Below are positions 50,442 to 64,000 of a DNA stretch of 64,000 nt, in pieces. Source of the DNA: Paraspadella gotoi (taxonomy: Eukaryota > Animalia > Chaetognatha); NCBI GenBank assembly GCA_051294375.1, contig CM119264.1, forward strand, positions 15,030,682 to 15,094,681, read 5' to 3'. The notes under the pieces were generated by a model. That model was not told where the DNA came from, made no database searches, and saw nothing but the letters and a program-made list of their open reading frames with translations. How positions within the stretch are numbered: position 1 is the stretch's first letter; each line of letters starts with the position of its first letter. A program made the position numbers and the translations under genes.

Positions 50442-51809
50442 TAATTATACCGACAATTTACTTTGAATTTGAATTTGACCCTGCCTCTGAGCATTGTGCA
50501 GAATTTCAAGTTGAGCATTCCATTTCAGAACTTTAATCTTTATGCATCACTCTAACAGAAAATCAGTCTTTTCCTGCTTCTGCTGTGCGCTCTAAGGGAA
50601 TGTCCGCCATTTTGTGTCGTCCAAAGTAATAGGCGCAATCAGCTCCGTGAAATAACGTCTAACGAGGCTCATTTACTTCGCCGTCGGGCAGCGAAATTCG
50701 CGCAAGTTAAATGTCGTAATTACTGGGAATAGCAAAGGTCAATACTGTGGGAGGGGTGGGTCTATTCAGTTGTTGGGTTGGTCATCAGTCGGTTGGTTTT
50801 AGGGGTCAACCCACATTGAACAGTGAACACTGAAAAGTGAATAGTGTCAAAAATCATCTCGGTTTCGTAATCGACTTCCGTCGCAAATCTTATTTTCAAT
50901 TGTAAAGATTCCAAAATCTTATTCATGTATTTTCCTTTTTTTTTCTTTTTTTAAGATACGAGGAAGCCGTAGAGGAAATGTATCTTATCTTTTTATTCTT
51001 GTAATGCGCATTAAAAGTTGAAACAGCTAAGTTTGGTAGAAGCCGCGAAAATTATGAAACATTTGCTGATAATGTTCGTATTACGAAGAGGCCGTTATAC
51101 AAAAATAAAGTATTATCGATATTATTTGATCCGAATTTTTTTTCGCTCTCAACAAAACTTGGTCCGTTTTATGCGCGGACATCTCCAGGCGAGACGACTA
51201 AATCGAGTGACTAATACATTCATCAACCGAAATGAAATTGCAATAAAGCGGCCCTCTCTCTCCCTCTCTCTCCCTCTGTTCTCTCTCTCCCTCTCTTCTC
51301 GCTCAGAACTCCGTCTCCCATCTTGTCAAATATCCATCCATCAAACAAATTATTGCACCGTTATATCACTCGTTTTTCTTTCTCTGCCCGACCTTTACAC
51401 TACAACACTTTTACATGTATTTTTTCGATCTATTCTATTTGCACTCGTTATTTCCTTTTACTTCTTTAAAGTTTAAACATCTCTCCATCGTGTCTCTCCC
51501 TCTATCTCCTTCTTTCACCACCCCCCCCCCTCTGTTCAAAGCCATTGCTTCCATATTTGGAAGCACGGTTCCATCTTTTTCTTCGGTCACGTGACGCCAA
51601 AAAAAAACTTTTTTTTGAAGACTGAAACAAATTTTTTGTTCAAGTTTTTTCTCTGCGAATCTTTGGAGCGCGAAAAGAAAGAAGAAGAAAGAAGCGTGAA
51701 AGAGAAGGAGAGAAGAAAAGAAAAACATTGGAAAACGAAACGAGGAAAAGTATCAGTTGAGCGCCGGTGAAAAAAAAAGGGGCAAACCGGAGTGGAATAA
51801 CGCCCTCGT

Positions 51810-52295
51810 AGGCCATATTTTCCCAAAGTGCTCCATTTCACCTTATAATCAAATTTAAATTATTTTTTGGGTTTAAAACTTAGGTTAAACATAAAGGATA
51901 AGGCTTATATTAGGGTTAAAAATTAGGGTTAGGGATTATTGTTACGGATTACATTATAAATTTGGTTAAAGACAATGTTAGATATAAAGATTTAAATTAT
52001 GTTTAAGGAAATAAAAATGGCATACTTTTGGAAAATAAAACCTTTATTGGCTATATTTTCTTAAAGTTCCCCATTTCACCTTATATTTAAAGATAAATTA
52101 TTTTTTTGGTTTAAAACTTAGGTAAAGAATTAAAGATAAGGATTATATTAGGATTAGAAATTAGGGTTAGGGATTATTGTTAAATGTTAAGGATTAGAAT
52201 ATAAATATAATTAGATTTTAGGTTAGATACAAATATTTGAATTAAGTTTAGAATTAAGGAAATGAAAATGGCGCGCTTTTGGAGAATAGAGCCTT
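51810..52295. repeat. Tandem duplication of ~240 bp containing TTAGGG-like motifs
   Basis: CCATTTCACCTTATA..AAATTATTTTTT..GGTTTAAAACTTAGGT..AATTAGGGTTAGGGATTATTGTTA..AAGGAAAT.AAAATGGC occurs twice. Confidence 0.8.
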
Positions 52296-52717
52296 TTCGT
52301 CTTAAAAAAAATTTGTAAAATATATATAAACAGTAGTGAAAATCGACGATAAGAAATAAAGACTGCTTTCCCACAAAGCACATACATACGCAAATAATCT
52401 TAAAATTCATTACACATTACACTTTTTACCATTGACATTAACTTTTTCCAGCAAAAAATATTAAGTGATAATAAAAACTTGCGAGAAAAAAGAAAAATTG
52501 CGAAAAAAGGGAGAAAGGATTAAAGGAAAAAGAGGCGGTCATTAAATTCTTTCCTCTCTGCGCTCATTAAAATAAATGTTTTTTCTGCGACTTTAAAATC
52601 TTTTTTTATTCTTAGTCAACAAACAGAGAAAACGGATTGGAACATATAAAAAAAACACAGGGAAACGCAAAATGTGAGCATAAGAAAGTATAAGATGATG
52701 GACGGGAAAAAAAAAAT

Positions 52718-52776
<59 letters not shown>

Positions 52777-53903
52777 GAGAGATAGGTCGCAAATGCAAGA
52801 TAAAAGCTAAAAAGGGAGTTTCAGCCTACTTTTGCACCAATTTATTGATCTCAGAGACAACTCCTTTACCCAATATTATCAATTATGCACCATGTACTCA
52901 GAAGGTTCAGTTACAATGTGAAGGACCGTCCTTTCTCTGTGAGAAGATTAANNNNNNNNNNATACTCATTGATAAATTATTTTTTTTATATTCATAAGTT
53001 TTAATTCATCTATTTGTTACCCTAAAAGTTTTCAAATATAATTTTTATTCCATTAAAGATCATGCGTTAGATTTCTTAAAAGTTTTCCAAATACTCCGTT
53101 ATAAAAAGCTAAAAATGCAATAATCTCATTTGCATATTGCAGTAAAAAGAAAAAATCTTTTAAAAAATATACATAATATATAATTTTTCTTTCAGGTTTA
53201 AAACGCTCATAACTATATGTGGTTATTATGATTCAAAAGGTTATTAAGAAAGAATTTTTTTTTTTATAAAAAAAATGAATTTGAAAAAAAAGTACCTTGT
53301 CAAAGTGAAAAAAAGATAGATGTGAAAATAGAATCCCAGCCAGAAATTCAGAAATTGACAAAAATTGATCGAAATGACTTTTTACGCAATGGCAAAGTTT
53401 AGTTCCAATAATATTTATAGATAATGAATTTTTAAATTATTCACTGTATTCTACTGTATCTCGATAGCCTGTAACAATTTTGCATAGATTTTTTAGGATA
53501 ACTTCTGTAAAGACTCAGGGAATAAAAAAAAATATTCAGATGGGCTGAAATCAATAATATTTTTTTTTGCCTCGGTGGAACTCTCTTTCAGCTTTTAGCT
53601 TGCATTGCGTCATAGAGAGAGAGAAAGAAAAAAAAGTCGAAACAATAAAATGGAAAAGTTGAACTCTTTACATGAAAACCAATAATTTTCAGCAATTTGC
53701 AACCTTTTTAATGGCACCAGACCTTTTCGTATCAAGCAGGAAAATTCTTAAGCTCTTGAAACTCGTCGTACCTAAAATAAACGTCGCTGACTGCAATATG
53801 CAAATGAATTCAAGCTTTTCGATCATTTCCGGACCCATAACAATGAAAATATCACCGTTCCACTGTCCCCTCATGAATAATGCATGCCTTGGGACGTCTC
53901 CCA

Positions 53904-54009
<106 letters not shown>

Positions 54010-54689
54010 TCCCCCGACTCTCACAACAATTGAATTTGTCACTTCTCCTCAGACAATCGTCTTTCTCTTTGCCTGGATTCTCTCGAGAAAATCGTCGTCG
54101 TTATCGTCGCGGTCCTCATCGCGTTGAGAGATCCGCTGTTTCTTTGTCATGCTTTTTCGCCCACTTTGGGTGTCGTTACAATTTTAAACAATTTTAAGAA
54201 TTTGTAAAACAATGATTAAGGGCGAGTTTTGACCAAAAGAAAACAGCACGTCGCAGTCTATGTCGAGCGATCGCAATAATCAACATCAACATCAACATCA
54301 ACTAGAAAGAGAACAAAAAACAGCAATTCTAAAATTGTAGTTTACAAATAAATTTTTTTTAAGTTTTAATAATTGTAAATTTTATGTTACACATTGTAAA
54401 AAAATGTTTTGGGACGATATTGAAATTACAAATTTAAAAACCTCTCCCCGATAAACCTAAAACACCCTCTAACACACCAAGCAAAGTGCACACACACACA
54501 CTGACAGATGCTTTTTCCCAGCCTTCTCAATTACACCCTTAAAATTTGAAAAACTATTTCAACACCAAGCTATATACTTCGTGGAAAATTAATGAGTTTT
54601 CGTTTCAAATTTAAAATTGATAATCAGAAACAATTTATTGGTTTGAAAACATTCTAGTCTTTCAACGCCATCGGGCTAAATCAAAATTT

Positions 54690-55950
54690 GGTTGCAAGGG
54701 TGGGTCAAGAGACTTTTTGCGATGCCAGTTGGATCTTTCCCAAGGTTGTTGCGGGTGAGATGTTAATTTGGCTCGCAGCAGCAGGATATCATGGGTCTGG
54801 AGATATTTAGAGTTTTGCGAGGTGGGATTAAGGATTAGAAGTCAATGGATTTTTATTTTCTGAGGCAGGTGAGAGCATGGTTGGACTGGGTGCTAAATTG
54901 AGCCAGGGAATCGCTCACTGAGAATTATGATTTATTTTTATAATGCTGATGTGACTATGTTAATGGAGAAATTTTTAATGCCAGTTGGTGCTCTTTTGAA
55001 AAGCAGTGTTTAGCGCACAATGTGAGGCGACAGTAGGGACAATCTTAAAATATGCCAATTAGTGATACTCTCGGAGACAGAGCGACAAAAATGTTTGACC
55101 TACGAAGCGATGATAAAGAAAAAAAACATTAGAAAATGTCTTTCCAAATGATCATCCATCTGATTTTGTTGTTAATGTACGGGAGAAGTTAAACGGTGCT
55201 CTGGAAAGATTGTCATTGCGGAGGTTTTATGGTTTTTATCTAAGATCAAAAGTTATAGTTATTAAGCATTTTGAATCTAAATGGCGAGAGTGTCCTTTGG
55301 AGTTAGTTAAAAGATGAATGGAGAGGCATTTGGGGTGCTCTTATACGCCTCTAGATCCTCTATTATGTTAGGTCAGCTGTGTGGAGACAGATTGGATTAA
55401 ATTTTTGGACGTCATATATCACAGTGCTTATTTGGATATGGGTGATGCATTTGTCAGTTGTTTGTGGTTGTTTTAGAAAGAGAGAGATGGCATAAGTTGT
55501 TAGAGTGTGAAGTTGTTATAAGTTATGGAAAAAACTGAGTGTGACGCTTAATTGAAGCTAGATGACAAAAAATTGATAAAAGGGAGATGGGTTTGGGAAT
55601 TAACAGGAAAGAGGCAGCTAAAATTAATCTTAGGAATAGGCGTTAGGGTATACTTTAAGAAGGTCTATAATTTTAATGTGAGAGGGGAAAGGATTAGAAG
55701 TGTGGAAGTCGGCAGTTGAAAAGTTGTCTGAATGTTTTTGTTTCAAAATAAGAAAGGAATTGGAAGAAGAATTTTGGGGTGGTTAAAATTAATGGTAGAT
55801 TGGCGGAGTTTTGAGAAGGGAGTTTTGGTTGAGGGATTCTGGGGTAAGATGAATGAAAGAGGGGCGGGTAAATTGGGGTTAATTTTTAGAAAAGGGGCAA
55901 GGCGTTAGTTATTGGAATTTATTCTAGTTAATTGGTATGTATTGAGTATT
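54690..55950 (-). mobile_element. Decayed non-LTR retrotransposon (LINE) reverse transcriptase fragment
   Basis: The minus strand of ~55560-55650 reads TLTPIPK and, after a frameshift, KPISLLS, the conserved xPIPK..RPISLL motif of LINE RTs. The remainder is heavily interrupted and the boundaries are approximate. Confidence 0.5.
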
Positions 55951-56959
55951 GGGTATGTAAAGTGCAGGATTAAGGATTAAGATTTAAAAATTCATAAAAG
56001 ATTAAGAATTAAGTTTAAAAATTCATAAACTTAGTAATATAACAAATGGTGCTGATAATGGTAAATAATAATAAAAAATTGTGACATAGTAATTATAGTT
56101 ACTATTGTATAATTAATAGTAATAACCAAATAATATTAATGATATATAAATATATATATATATGTATGTATATATATATATATATATATTGTAATAATAA
56201 TTAGTAATAACAATAATATTAATAATAAATTAAGTTTTATAATAATAATTCATAGTAATTAATATGATAAAAATAATTAATATAATTAATGATTAAAAAA
56301 TAATAATAGTATCATTAATGATAAGAAACAATAATAATTAGGAATGAGGGTAATTAATGATAAGAACAATAATAATTAGAATGAGGGTAATTCCAATAAT
56401 AGTAATTCCAATCATAGTTAATAATAATAATAATAATAATAATGTAAAAATATATAATAGTAATAATGATAAAAATAATAATAGTATCATTAACGATAAG
56501 AATAAAATAATTAGGATAAGGGTAATCCAAATTTTAATCTGGTATTTAGCCTTTCTAATTTATGCATCGTTTAAAAAAAAAAAATTGACAAGTTTCTGTC
56601 TATGACTAAAAAAAAAAAAAGAGGGCAATGGCCTTAGTATAAATGTTAGGGGTACCATAATGATAGTATTTACTTCTTTTTTTTTTCATTTGCCAAGTTT
56701 CTGTCTATGACTAAAAAAAAAATGGGCAAATGGCCTTAGTGTAATCGATAATTGATAATATTCACTCATGATTTCATTGATATATTTAATTACTTTTCCA
56801 AATTCGCAATGATCCTTATTGTTTGAATTTTATTTTTTAGTGCCATAGTGCAATTTTTACTTGCTTCAATACTCATCGTTTAATCGTTAATCTTCTTATT
56901 GTCTTAATTGTCAAATTGTCTTTTTATTTAGAAAAAAAAGGAAACGCAGTTTGAAGGAG

Positions 56960-58622
56960 ATGAAAGGTATGTTCCTGTTAAGAATTAATTAGTAGTCCTG
57001 CAGCTTGCAAGAATCGTGGCTGTTCGCAACGTCTCGTATTTAACGGCTTGTTCGAAAACTAAAAAATTCTTATATTCCATTGTCAAATGATAAATCTCCC
57101 TTTTCATGCAGAAAAACTATAGCGTTTTTATTTTCCCAGTTTCGATCTAGTTTTTGCAATTGGGCTTGTCTTTTGCGGTGTTGGTCTCGGGGATTACCAG
57201 TCCAATTGCGGTTCTCAAAAGGGCATCGTCGACTCGCATTTCGTCGGAGCCTCGACGCGGACACGGCAGATATTCCCTCTGGCAGGTATCTCCTTGCGGT
57301 TATGTCCCCTCTTCTTCATTATACCCAAAGAGGTACTGCATGAGTATTTTCATCCGGATTGCATCTTTCCTGAACAATTGTATTAATAATGATTGGACGA
57401 TATGGGCTATTTGTTTTTAAATAAATGACTTTTTTATTTATTTATTAAAAGTCTCTCATTTTTACTTATACACAGTTTTTTAGATTCCAACTGGCTATTA
57501 TTCTGCTTTAATTGACTGATTGATTTCCTTCTCCAATCTCCATAGCACGTATGCGCGGGACATTCAATCTCTCCAGACTGGGTTTGTCCGCCGCCCATTG
57601 TTTGGACGATCAACCAACCCATCGAAATACTCGGTTAAAAACAGGGGAGTGGCATCTTACAGGTGCAACATAACACCTCATGGCCATTTGGCTCTCAAGG
57701 CTTTAGCAATTTAAACTTAAATAGCAAATACATGAAACGTTGATAAACTTGTTGTTCCTGAACTTGAACTCTACTTCAGCTGCTTAAGCAGTTGGAACAT
57801 AGTTGTTTGGGAACTTGGAAGCAAAATGAAAGTTGTTTGATTTTAAGCCACAAACACTCAAACACTCAACAATATTGTTATTATCATGAGTAACAATTTT
57901 TTGGAGTTTACATTGTTAAATTGTCAACTATTATGCCTTTAAAACTTGTTAACTTTGAAAACAGTGGCGATGGAAGCGAGAAGTCTTTCGATGTCGATAA
58001 AATAATTATCCATCGAAGTTACAACAAAAATAACGTAAGTATGGATTCATACATTCATTCTTTCATTCGTTCATTCCTTCATTCTGTTTCGATTCAGTTC
58101 CAAAACGATATCGCTCTTCTCAAACTGAAGACGTCGATCGATCTGAGCGACGCCTTCCGCGGCGCTGCTTGTCTCCCTGGCGCCGGACGCGACCCTCGCG
58201 GCGCCAGGGAGTGCTGGCTCTCTGGTTGGGGACTCACCCATGAGGGAATTACGGGCGGGTTCTTGCCGCCGAGGTGAGTTGGGGATTCCGCGAAATTCGA
58301 TCGTGTAGCGAAGTATTGAACCCATGACTTTCTTCGTTCTTCATCTTATTTTTCAGTACCCTCCAAAAATCGCAAGGAGAGATCTGGTCCGACTCCCGCC
58401 TTCGGGGAAGGTGGGGATCGAGCATCAAACCGGGGATGATCGGATTCGGCACCGACTCCATGTCCGCCTGTCAGGGAGATCCCGGCGTAGTTTGTGATCT
58501 GTGGGCTTGCAGGGCTATGATTACTGATTAGCCAAGATTTTGTGAAAAAAAAATTAAAGACGCTGAACGTTGGTCTCATCAATTTCAGAAGAGCAGGAGA
58601 CTGAGAGAGAGAGAGAGAGAGA

Positions 58623-58661
<39 letters not shown>

Positions 58662-58925
58662 AGAAGATTGACTTTTGCTGTTTTCTTATCTTATCTATTC
58701 CAACTGAGGGTCATCTAGACGTACGCCTCACTTTCACTTGATTAGCCGTTGATGAGTAAAATGTTATGAATTCCAGGAGGTCCATTGGTGTGCCGCAACG
58801 ACTCGGGCTTCTACGACGTCGTTGGTGTGGTGTCGTGGGGTACGAAGACTTGCTCGGGTATGCCCGGTGTCTTTAGCAACGTCGCCTACTTTCGATCTTG
58901 GATCGACGAGCAGATGAATCAATAG
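56960..58925 (+). CDS. Chymotrypsin-like S1 serine protease, disrupted as assembled (pseudogene, pseudoenzyme or consensus errors)
   Basis: Exons ~56960-56966, ~57151-57331, ~57546-57662, 57965-58034, 58098-58273, 58357-58484, 58777-58925. Motifs IIIHRSY, NDIALLKL, ACLP, CWLSGWG, SACQGDPG-GPLVC, GVVSWG, PGVFSNVAYFRSWI. RIVGG, HVCGG and SAAHC can only be recovered by shifting frame. Confidence 0.85.
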
Positions 58926-59781
58926 ATTGAAAATCATATTTCGTTAAAATTGAACTTAATCACACATGCGTAATAAGCAACTTGAAAGTCAATTAGTTTA
59001 AAAATCGGTTAAACCCATATATTAGTTTTATTCTCGTCAACGAATTGATAATACAAGAATTCACAAAATCACTGGGAGTGAGACTTAAAGGTACCGAGCT
59101 CAAGGGTGATTGCGCCAGACAAGCTAAGACCGAACTCCCTCTACAGTGTACAGTCTACATCTGTACAGTGTACACCTCGCGACCGACTTGACAATTGAAC
59201 AAGAAGGACGAAAAGGTTAGGTTTTTAGTCTTAACATTTATGAGACGGCGAAACATCTAAATCTTGGATCCGTTATCGTCAATCTCTTTTTATAACTTTT
59301 TTAAGTAATTATTTACATTTTTGAACAATATTTTCCGTTTTATAATCTAAAACGCATCGAAAAAAAAGAATTAGAATAATGAATAATAAATTATACATAT
59401 GTAATTATGTATACATTGTTTAATGTATATTGTATATGTACAATGTATATTGTATGTATTTCGTTGACTTTTTCTATCCTTCTGTACCATTTTGGTTTCT
59501 CCTCCTTGTTTTTCATTACTTCTCTTCTCTCTCCTTTCATTTTCTTTCCCTTTTTTTTTGTGGCTTCTCTCCCTCGTTTTTGAGCAATTTTTTTCTTCCT
59601 CTTTCCTTTCCACCTCCTCCAGGTTCCCTGGCACCGAACGCCATCTGCCCCAAAACCTTCAGCTTCAAATGCGATTTTTGTTTTTAAAGAAACGAGAACG
59701 TGGGAAAAGGGAGAGAGAGAGAGAGAGAGAGAAGAGAGACACGAGAGAGAGATGAGAGAGAGAGAGAGCAGAGAGGAGAGA

Positions 59782-59820
<39 letters not shown>

Positions 59821-62002
59821 GACATTTGTGAAACCCACAAAACCCACCAAAAAAAAACAATTTTAAATTATTTTCTGCCTAGTTGTAAAAGAAAAAAAAA
59901 TTCAAAAAGATTATCTTCTCTAAATAAAATTAACACCGGATATCTTTAAATCGAACGAAGATTATACGAAAACATAACTTAAAACGGTCTTGTTTCTGAG
60001 ACATTTTTCTTCGAACCTCGCTCTCTGCTCTCTCGCTCTCGGTTCTTTTTCTCGCTCTCTCTCTTTCGGCTTCTCTCAATCTACTTGTTTCCCTTTGTCA
60101 GTCAGTCTGTCTTTTTTGTTTGTCGGTCTCTCTCCTTCTTCCGTTCCCCATTCGACAGTTGTTACAAACACACACGCCTTTCATTAATTTATCACTATTC
60201 TGATTCTTTCCTTTTCTTTTTTTCTCTCCTCGTTTTTTAGCTTTCCTTTGTTTACTTTTATTTCTCTCTCGATTTCTCTCCTTTTCTTGCATCTTTTCTC
60301 CGTCTTTTCTCCCCTTCACACTTTTATTACTTTCTCCGCTCTTTTATTAATTTTGCTATCATTTCATTTTGTTTTCTTTCAGATTACTTCCTATTTCATC
60401 TCCAGTCGTGTTTATATCTATTTTGTTTTTGCGTTTTGTTATTAATGACCACTGGCCAGATTTCTTTCTTCTTCTTTTTACTTTTTTCTTTTTACATTAT
60501 TCCTTCCCTTTTTTCTATTATTTTCCTTCATTTGGTTTCTTATTTCCTTCCTTGAAAACCTCCTTTCTCTTTTTCGCATCCTCGTTATTTCTTTCCTGGC
60601 CCTTCTTTCCTAGCTATCCTTTAATTTCCTTCCTTTCCTTTCGTCTCCTCCTTTCCTTTTATTTCTCTCCTTATCTCCTTTCCTTATTGTTTTTACGACT
60701 TTGATTCCCGCGTCGCCGCAGAAAAAATCCCGTGGATGATGAATGAAGGGAAGACTTCCTCCCGGAGGATGCGGCCAGAAATGAATTGATGGCACCCAGG
60801 GGACGAACTGCGTGTCTGTCTGTCTGTCTCTCTCTCTGTTTCTCTCTCTCTCTCGCTCTTCCTCACACGAGCACTTCCGGTCTTTCTTTCTAGCCTCAGC
60901 TGACTTTTCTTTCTTGCTCCATTTTTCTGTCATTTTTTTTTGTTCTTTTCTACTTATCTGTCTTTTTCTTTTTTAAATTGTTTTTTTTTTTCTTTCTAAC
61001 TTTTTATGATTTTTTATTCTCATACTTTTTTTTGTTGTCCTTTCGTATTTCTAATCTTTTTAATAAAATTTTCAGAGTATTTTCCTGTTTTCTGTTTTGG
61101 TTTTTATATTTTTTTATTATATTTTTTTTTTTAGAAAGAAAGATCAAAGACGCGGCACATTTTCTTATCCGACGATTATTCGGCGAATTTGACCGGAAAG
61201 ACATTTTGAAAAATGGCGCTTTTGATTCTCAGTTTCTGGATGGCTGGAAAGTAGAGACGGCCAAAAATGAGGAGAAATGATGTGAAGAAAACCAGGTCAA
61301 AAACCGTTGAAATGGCCTCAATAGGGAACAAGTCCAAGACCTTAAAAATGGTTCCGTCAATGAATTATGGTTTGGTTGAGAATTTGGTTCTTCTTCTTTC
61401 GTTGACTAAAAATCTACCAGCGAGGCGTAGTTACGATTGAAACTACAATTTAAAAATTTTACCATCCATCCATACCATTACATACTAACCATTTATAAAA
61501 TTTACTTACGTTTACCCTTTGTTTACATAGAACGAGCCAATTAACATCTCTAATACACTTAGAGGCGAACTTCGACACGTTAAGGTCAACCGTGAAGCTA
61601 ACCGCCGTTAATTTGTTTCCTACTTTACCTGTCGTAAATGTTTCTTAAACGTCTACGCCAATCAATAAATCTTCAATAATCCCCTACAATATCTGTAATT
61701 CTCAATCCCCTTTCCCTAATCCCTTATGCCCTACCTCCTATCCCCCAGCGTCTAGATAAAAAAAGAAAATTTTTCTCCTCATTAAGAACGTGCGAAACTG
61801 CTTAAATGAACCTTGATAAGACCCTAGACGCCAGTGTCAGCTTCGTCGCCGTCGTCGGCGTCGTCGGCGTCGTTATGGTTGTCGGCGTCGAAGTCGGCGT
61901 TGTCGGTTTCTTCGGTGTCAGTCTCTACATTGTCGGCGTTATAAGTCGATCTTTGTATCACAAGCGCTGAAGACAACTTTGTCGTCTTTGGTGTCATTCA
62001 TT

Positions 62003-62038
<36 letters not shown>

Positions 62039-62454
62039 TCATTTTAATATAAGTTATCGCGCGCAATTCGTCTCCCTAATTTGAGGAGGGAAAAAGGAGG
62101 GATTTTTTTTTAAAGGATAAGCTAATCAAGCGTTGACGTCAGTTGGAATATTAATATAAAGAGTTGGGTAATATCCTTCAGTCATATTTGAGTTATATCT
62201 TTAATTCATCTGGAGATGGTACCGCTACTTTGATGGTGATCCATATCCTGAAGTTTTAATGTTGTTTATGCCTAGTAGAGCGTAGCGAAAGTTATGTAGG
62301 AAAATTGTAAAAAATGAAAATGAAAAATGAAAATTTGTAAAAAAAAATTGTATGTTTTTAAATTTATGCAGTAGGCTATATTTATTATTTATATATAGTG
62401 TAGTCGGGCATTGCCTAGGTTCACCACGCCTATTAGTATGACACTCTCAGTTGT

Positions 62455-62511
62455 GACCCTGTGGCTCATTGAGTCATCAGCTCATGACCACTAGGTACCG
62501 GGTTCAATCCG
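62455..62511 (+). mobile_element. tRNA-derived SINE head / pseudo-tRNA
   Basis: A-box-like TGGCTCATTG (62462) and B-box GGTTCAATCC (62501) at tRNA-like spacing, followed by a T-run. No complete cloverleaf. Confidence 0.45.
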
Positions 62512-63579
62512 TTTTGTTTTTTTGTTCTCATCATTACGCATTGGGGTTGTACACTTGTAGGATTAGAATTGAAATAATAACCATCCATAAGCTAATCAGA
62601 ATCATAGCTTGAGAGTCCGGTCACTCGCATCATCAAGTCTCTCCATCAGTATCGAGAGCCTAAATGGTTCCTCACTCGCGTCGTCGTCGACGCCGTCCAA
62701 TGAGAAGACGGCCTGGAGCGGAGGCCTCGTCTGGGGATCATTATTATAACGGTTATGCTATCATAAAGAATGAGATAAGCGTTCCCTTTCACTTCTCTTT
62801 CGGGAGCCGTACGACGAGGAGGGAGCGTCGCGAGAGGGAATTGGTGGAAGGGTTGAGGTGGCAGTTCTAACGCTTGATTTGTGGTTCGTTCGTGTAGCGG
62901 TTCGTTGCTGTGTAGGGGGCGGTGGGCGCAAATGCATCGCACAATTACGTGCGCATTGACTTTTAAAAAACTAAGTGAAACAAGAAGGTCCCAGTTCATA
63001 TGGAGTTTTTCTCCTGACCCGATTTAGAATATAATCCTATCGCTCAACATCTTATGATTTCATCGCCCACGAACAGAGGATTGAGGTAATTTTGAGTCAT
63101 TGCGTGGGGAGGCACAAGGCAGCCTGAGCCATCGACCCGAACGTGGGCGCCTCTTCTTTGCGCAGGTAGATTATTAATTTATTTTAAGAAACTGACCATA
63201 ACTAGGCTCCTGGTCAAAACGAAAATAAATTACAATATGTTATTTATTTCTTAAATAAGAACAGTCGACAAAGGACTGTTGCTCTTTGGCTTTTGGCGCC
63301 TCTAGCGAGACTTTTGTATTAAAAATTCCTAAATTGATCATAAGGAAAAAAAGGGGAAAAAAAAACCAAAAAGGAGGAAAAACGAAGCGAGTCTGAAAAC
63401 TGGAAAAGAGGATGAGGAAGAAGTCGACGTTGGACAACAACAATAACGACAACAACAACGTCGAGACCCGAGCAGAAAAGAAAACGTATTCTCAAAGTTT
63501 TTTCGTGCGTAAATAGAGAGAAATAAAAAGAAAATGGAAAGAAAGAATGATGGAGAGAGAGAGAGAGAGAGGAGAGAAG

Positions 63580-63660
<81 letters not shown>

Positions 63661-64000
63661 CCGGGGACAGAGAGAGAAAAGCAAGAGAGAGAGTGACGAA
63701 TGAAACCGTGACCAGATCGCAAATTACTGCGCGGGATCGTTTGTCGATGTTTTATTGCCCATTTTATTCGCTTTATTGGTCTTTGGTAGAACACAATTTA
63801 AAAATGTCTTTCCAATATTATTTTTTCGCCCATAAAAAATAAACTCCGCTGAATTAGGATGAGGAAGATGATTGGGTAAAAGCAAGGATCGGAAAAGAGG
63901 AGGCGGGAAACGAGATAAAGTATATAGCTATTCATATTTTATAAATTGTATCTAAATAGTGCCTATGACTAATTGACTATGCCTATGACTTCCGCTAGCG

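Noticed and set aside
51905-52175. TTAGGG motifs as a telomere
   Set aside because: Only isolated or paired units inside a duplicated interspersed repeat.

Overview
Eukaryotic (invertebrate metazoan-like) AT-rich draft scaffold with GT-AG introns, N gaps and abundant (AG)n, (GAC)n, (AAT)n and (AAAG)n microsatellites, which generate most of the ORF track. Four genes can be rebuilt by hand. (1) A + strand multi-exon gene (~12.1-23.96 kb, 5' end not found) whose phase-compatible exons join about three divergent Ig-like domains and a transmembrane helix to a C-terminal ARHGAP39/Vilse-type RhoGAP domain. This apparent receptor-RhoGAP is the most novel signal here. (2) A convergent, intronless - strand gene for a secreted Ser/Thr-rich protein with a C-terminal discoidin/F5-8C-like domain. 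(3) A 6-exon HSD17B14-like SDR. (4) A chymotrypsin-family protease with frameshifts in its 5' exons and GDPGG in place of GDSGG. Mobile DNA includes a TA-flanked MITE, a Helentron/DINE-like element, a decayed LINE RT, a tRNA-like SINE head, a Penelope-type hammerhead remnant and several dispersed repeats. All similarities are recalled from memory; no searches were run.
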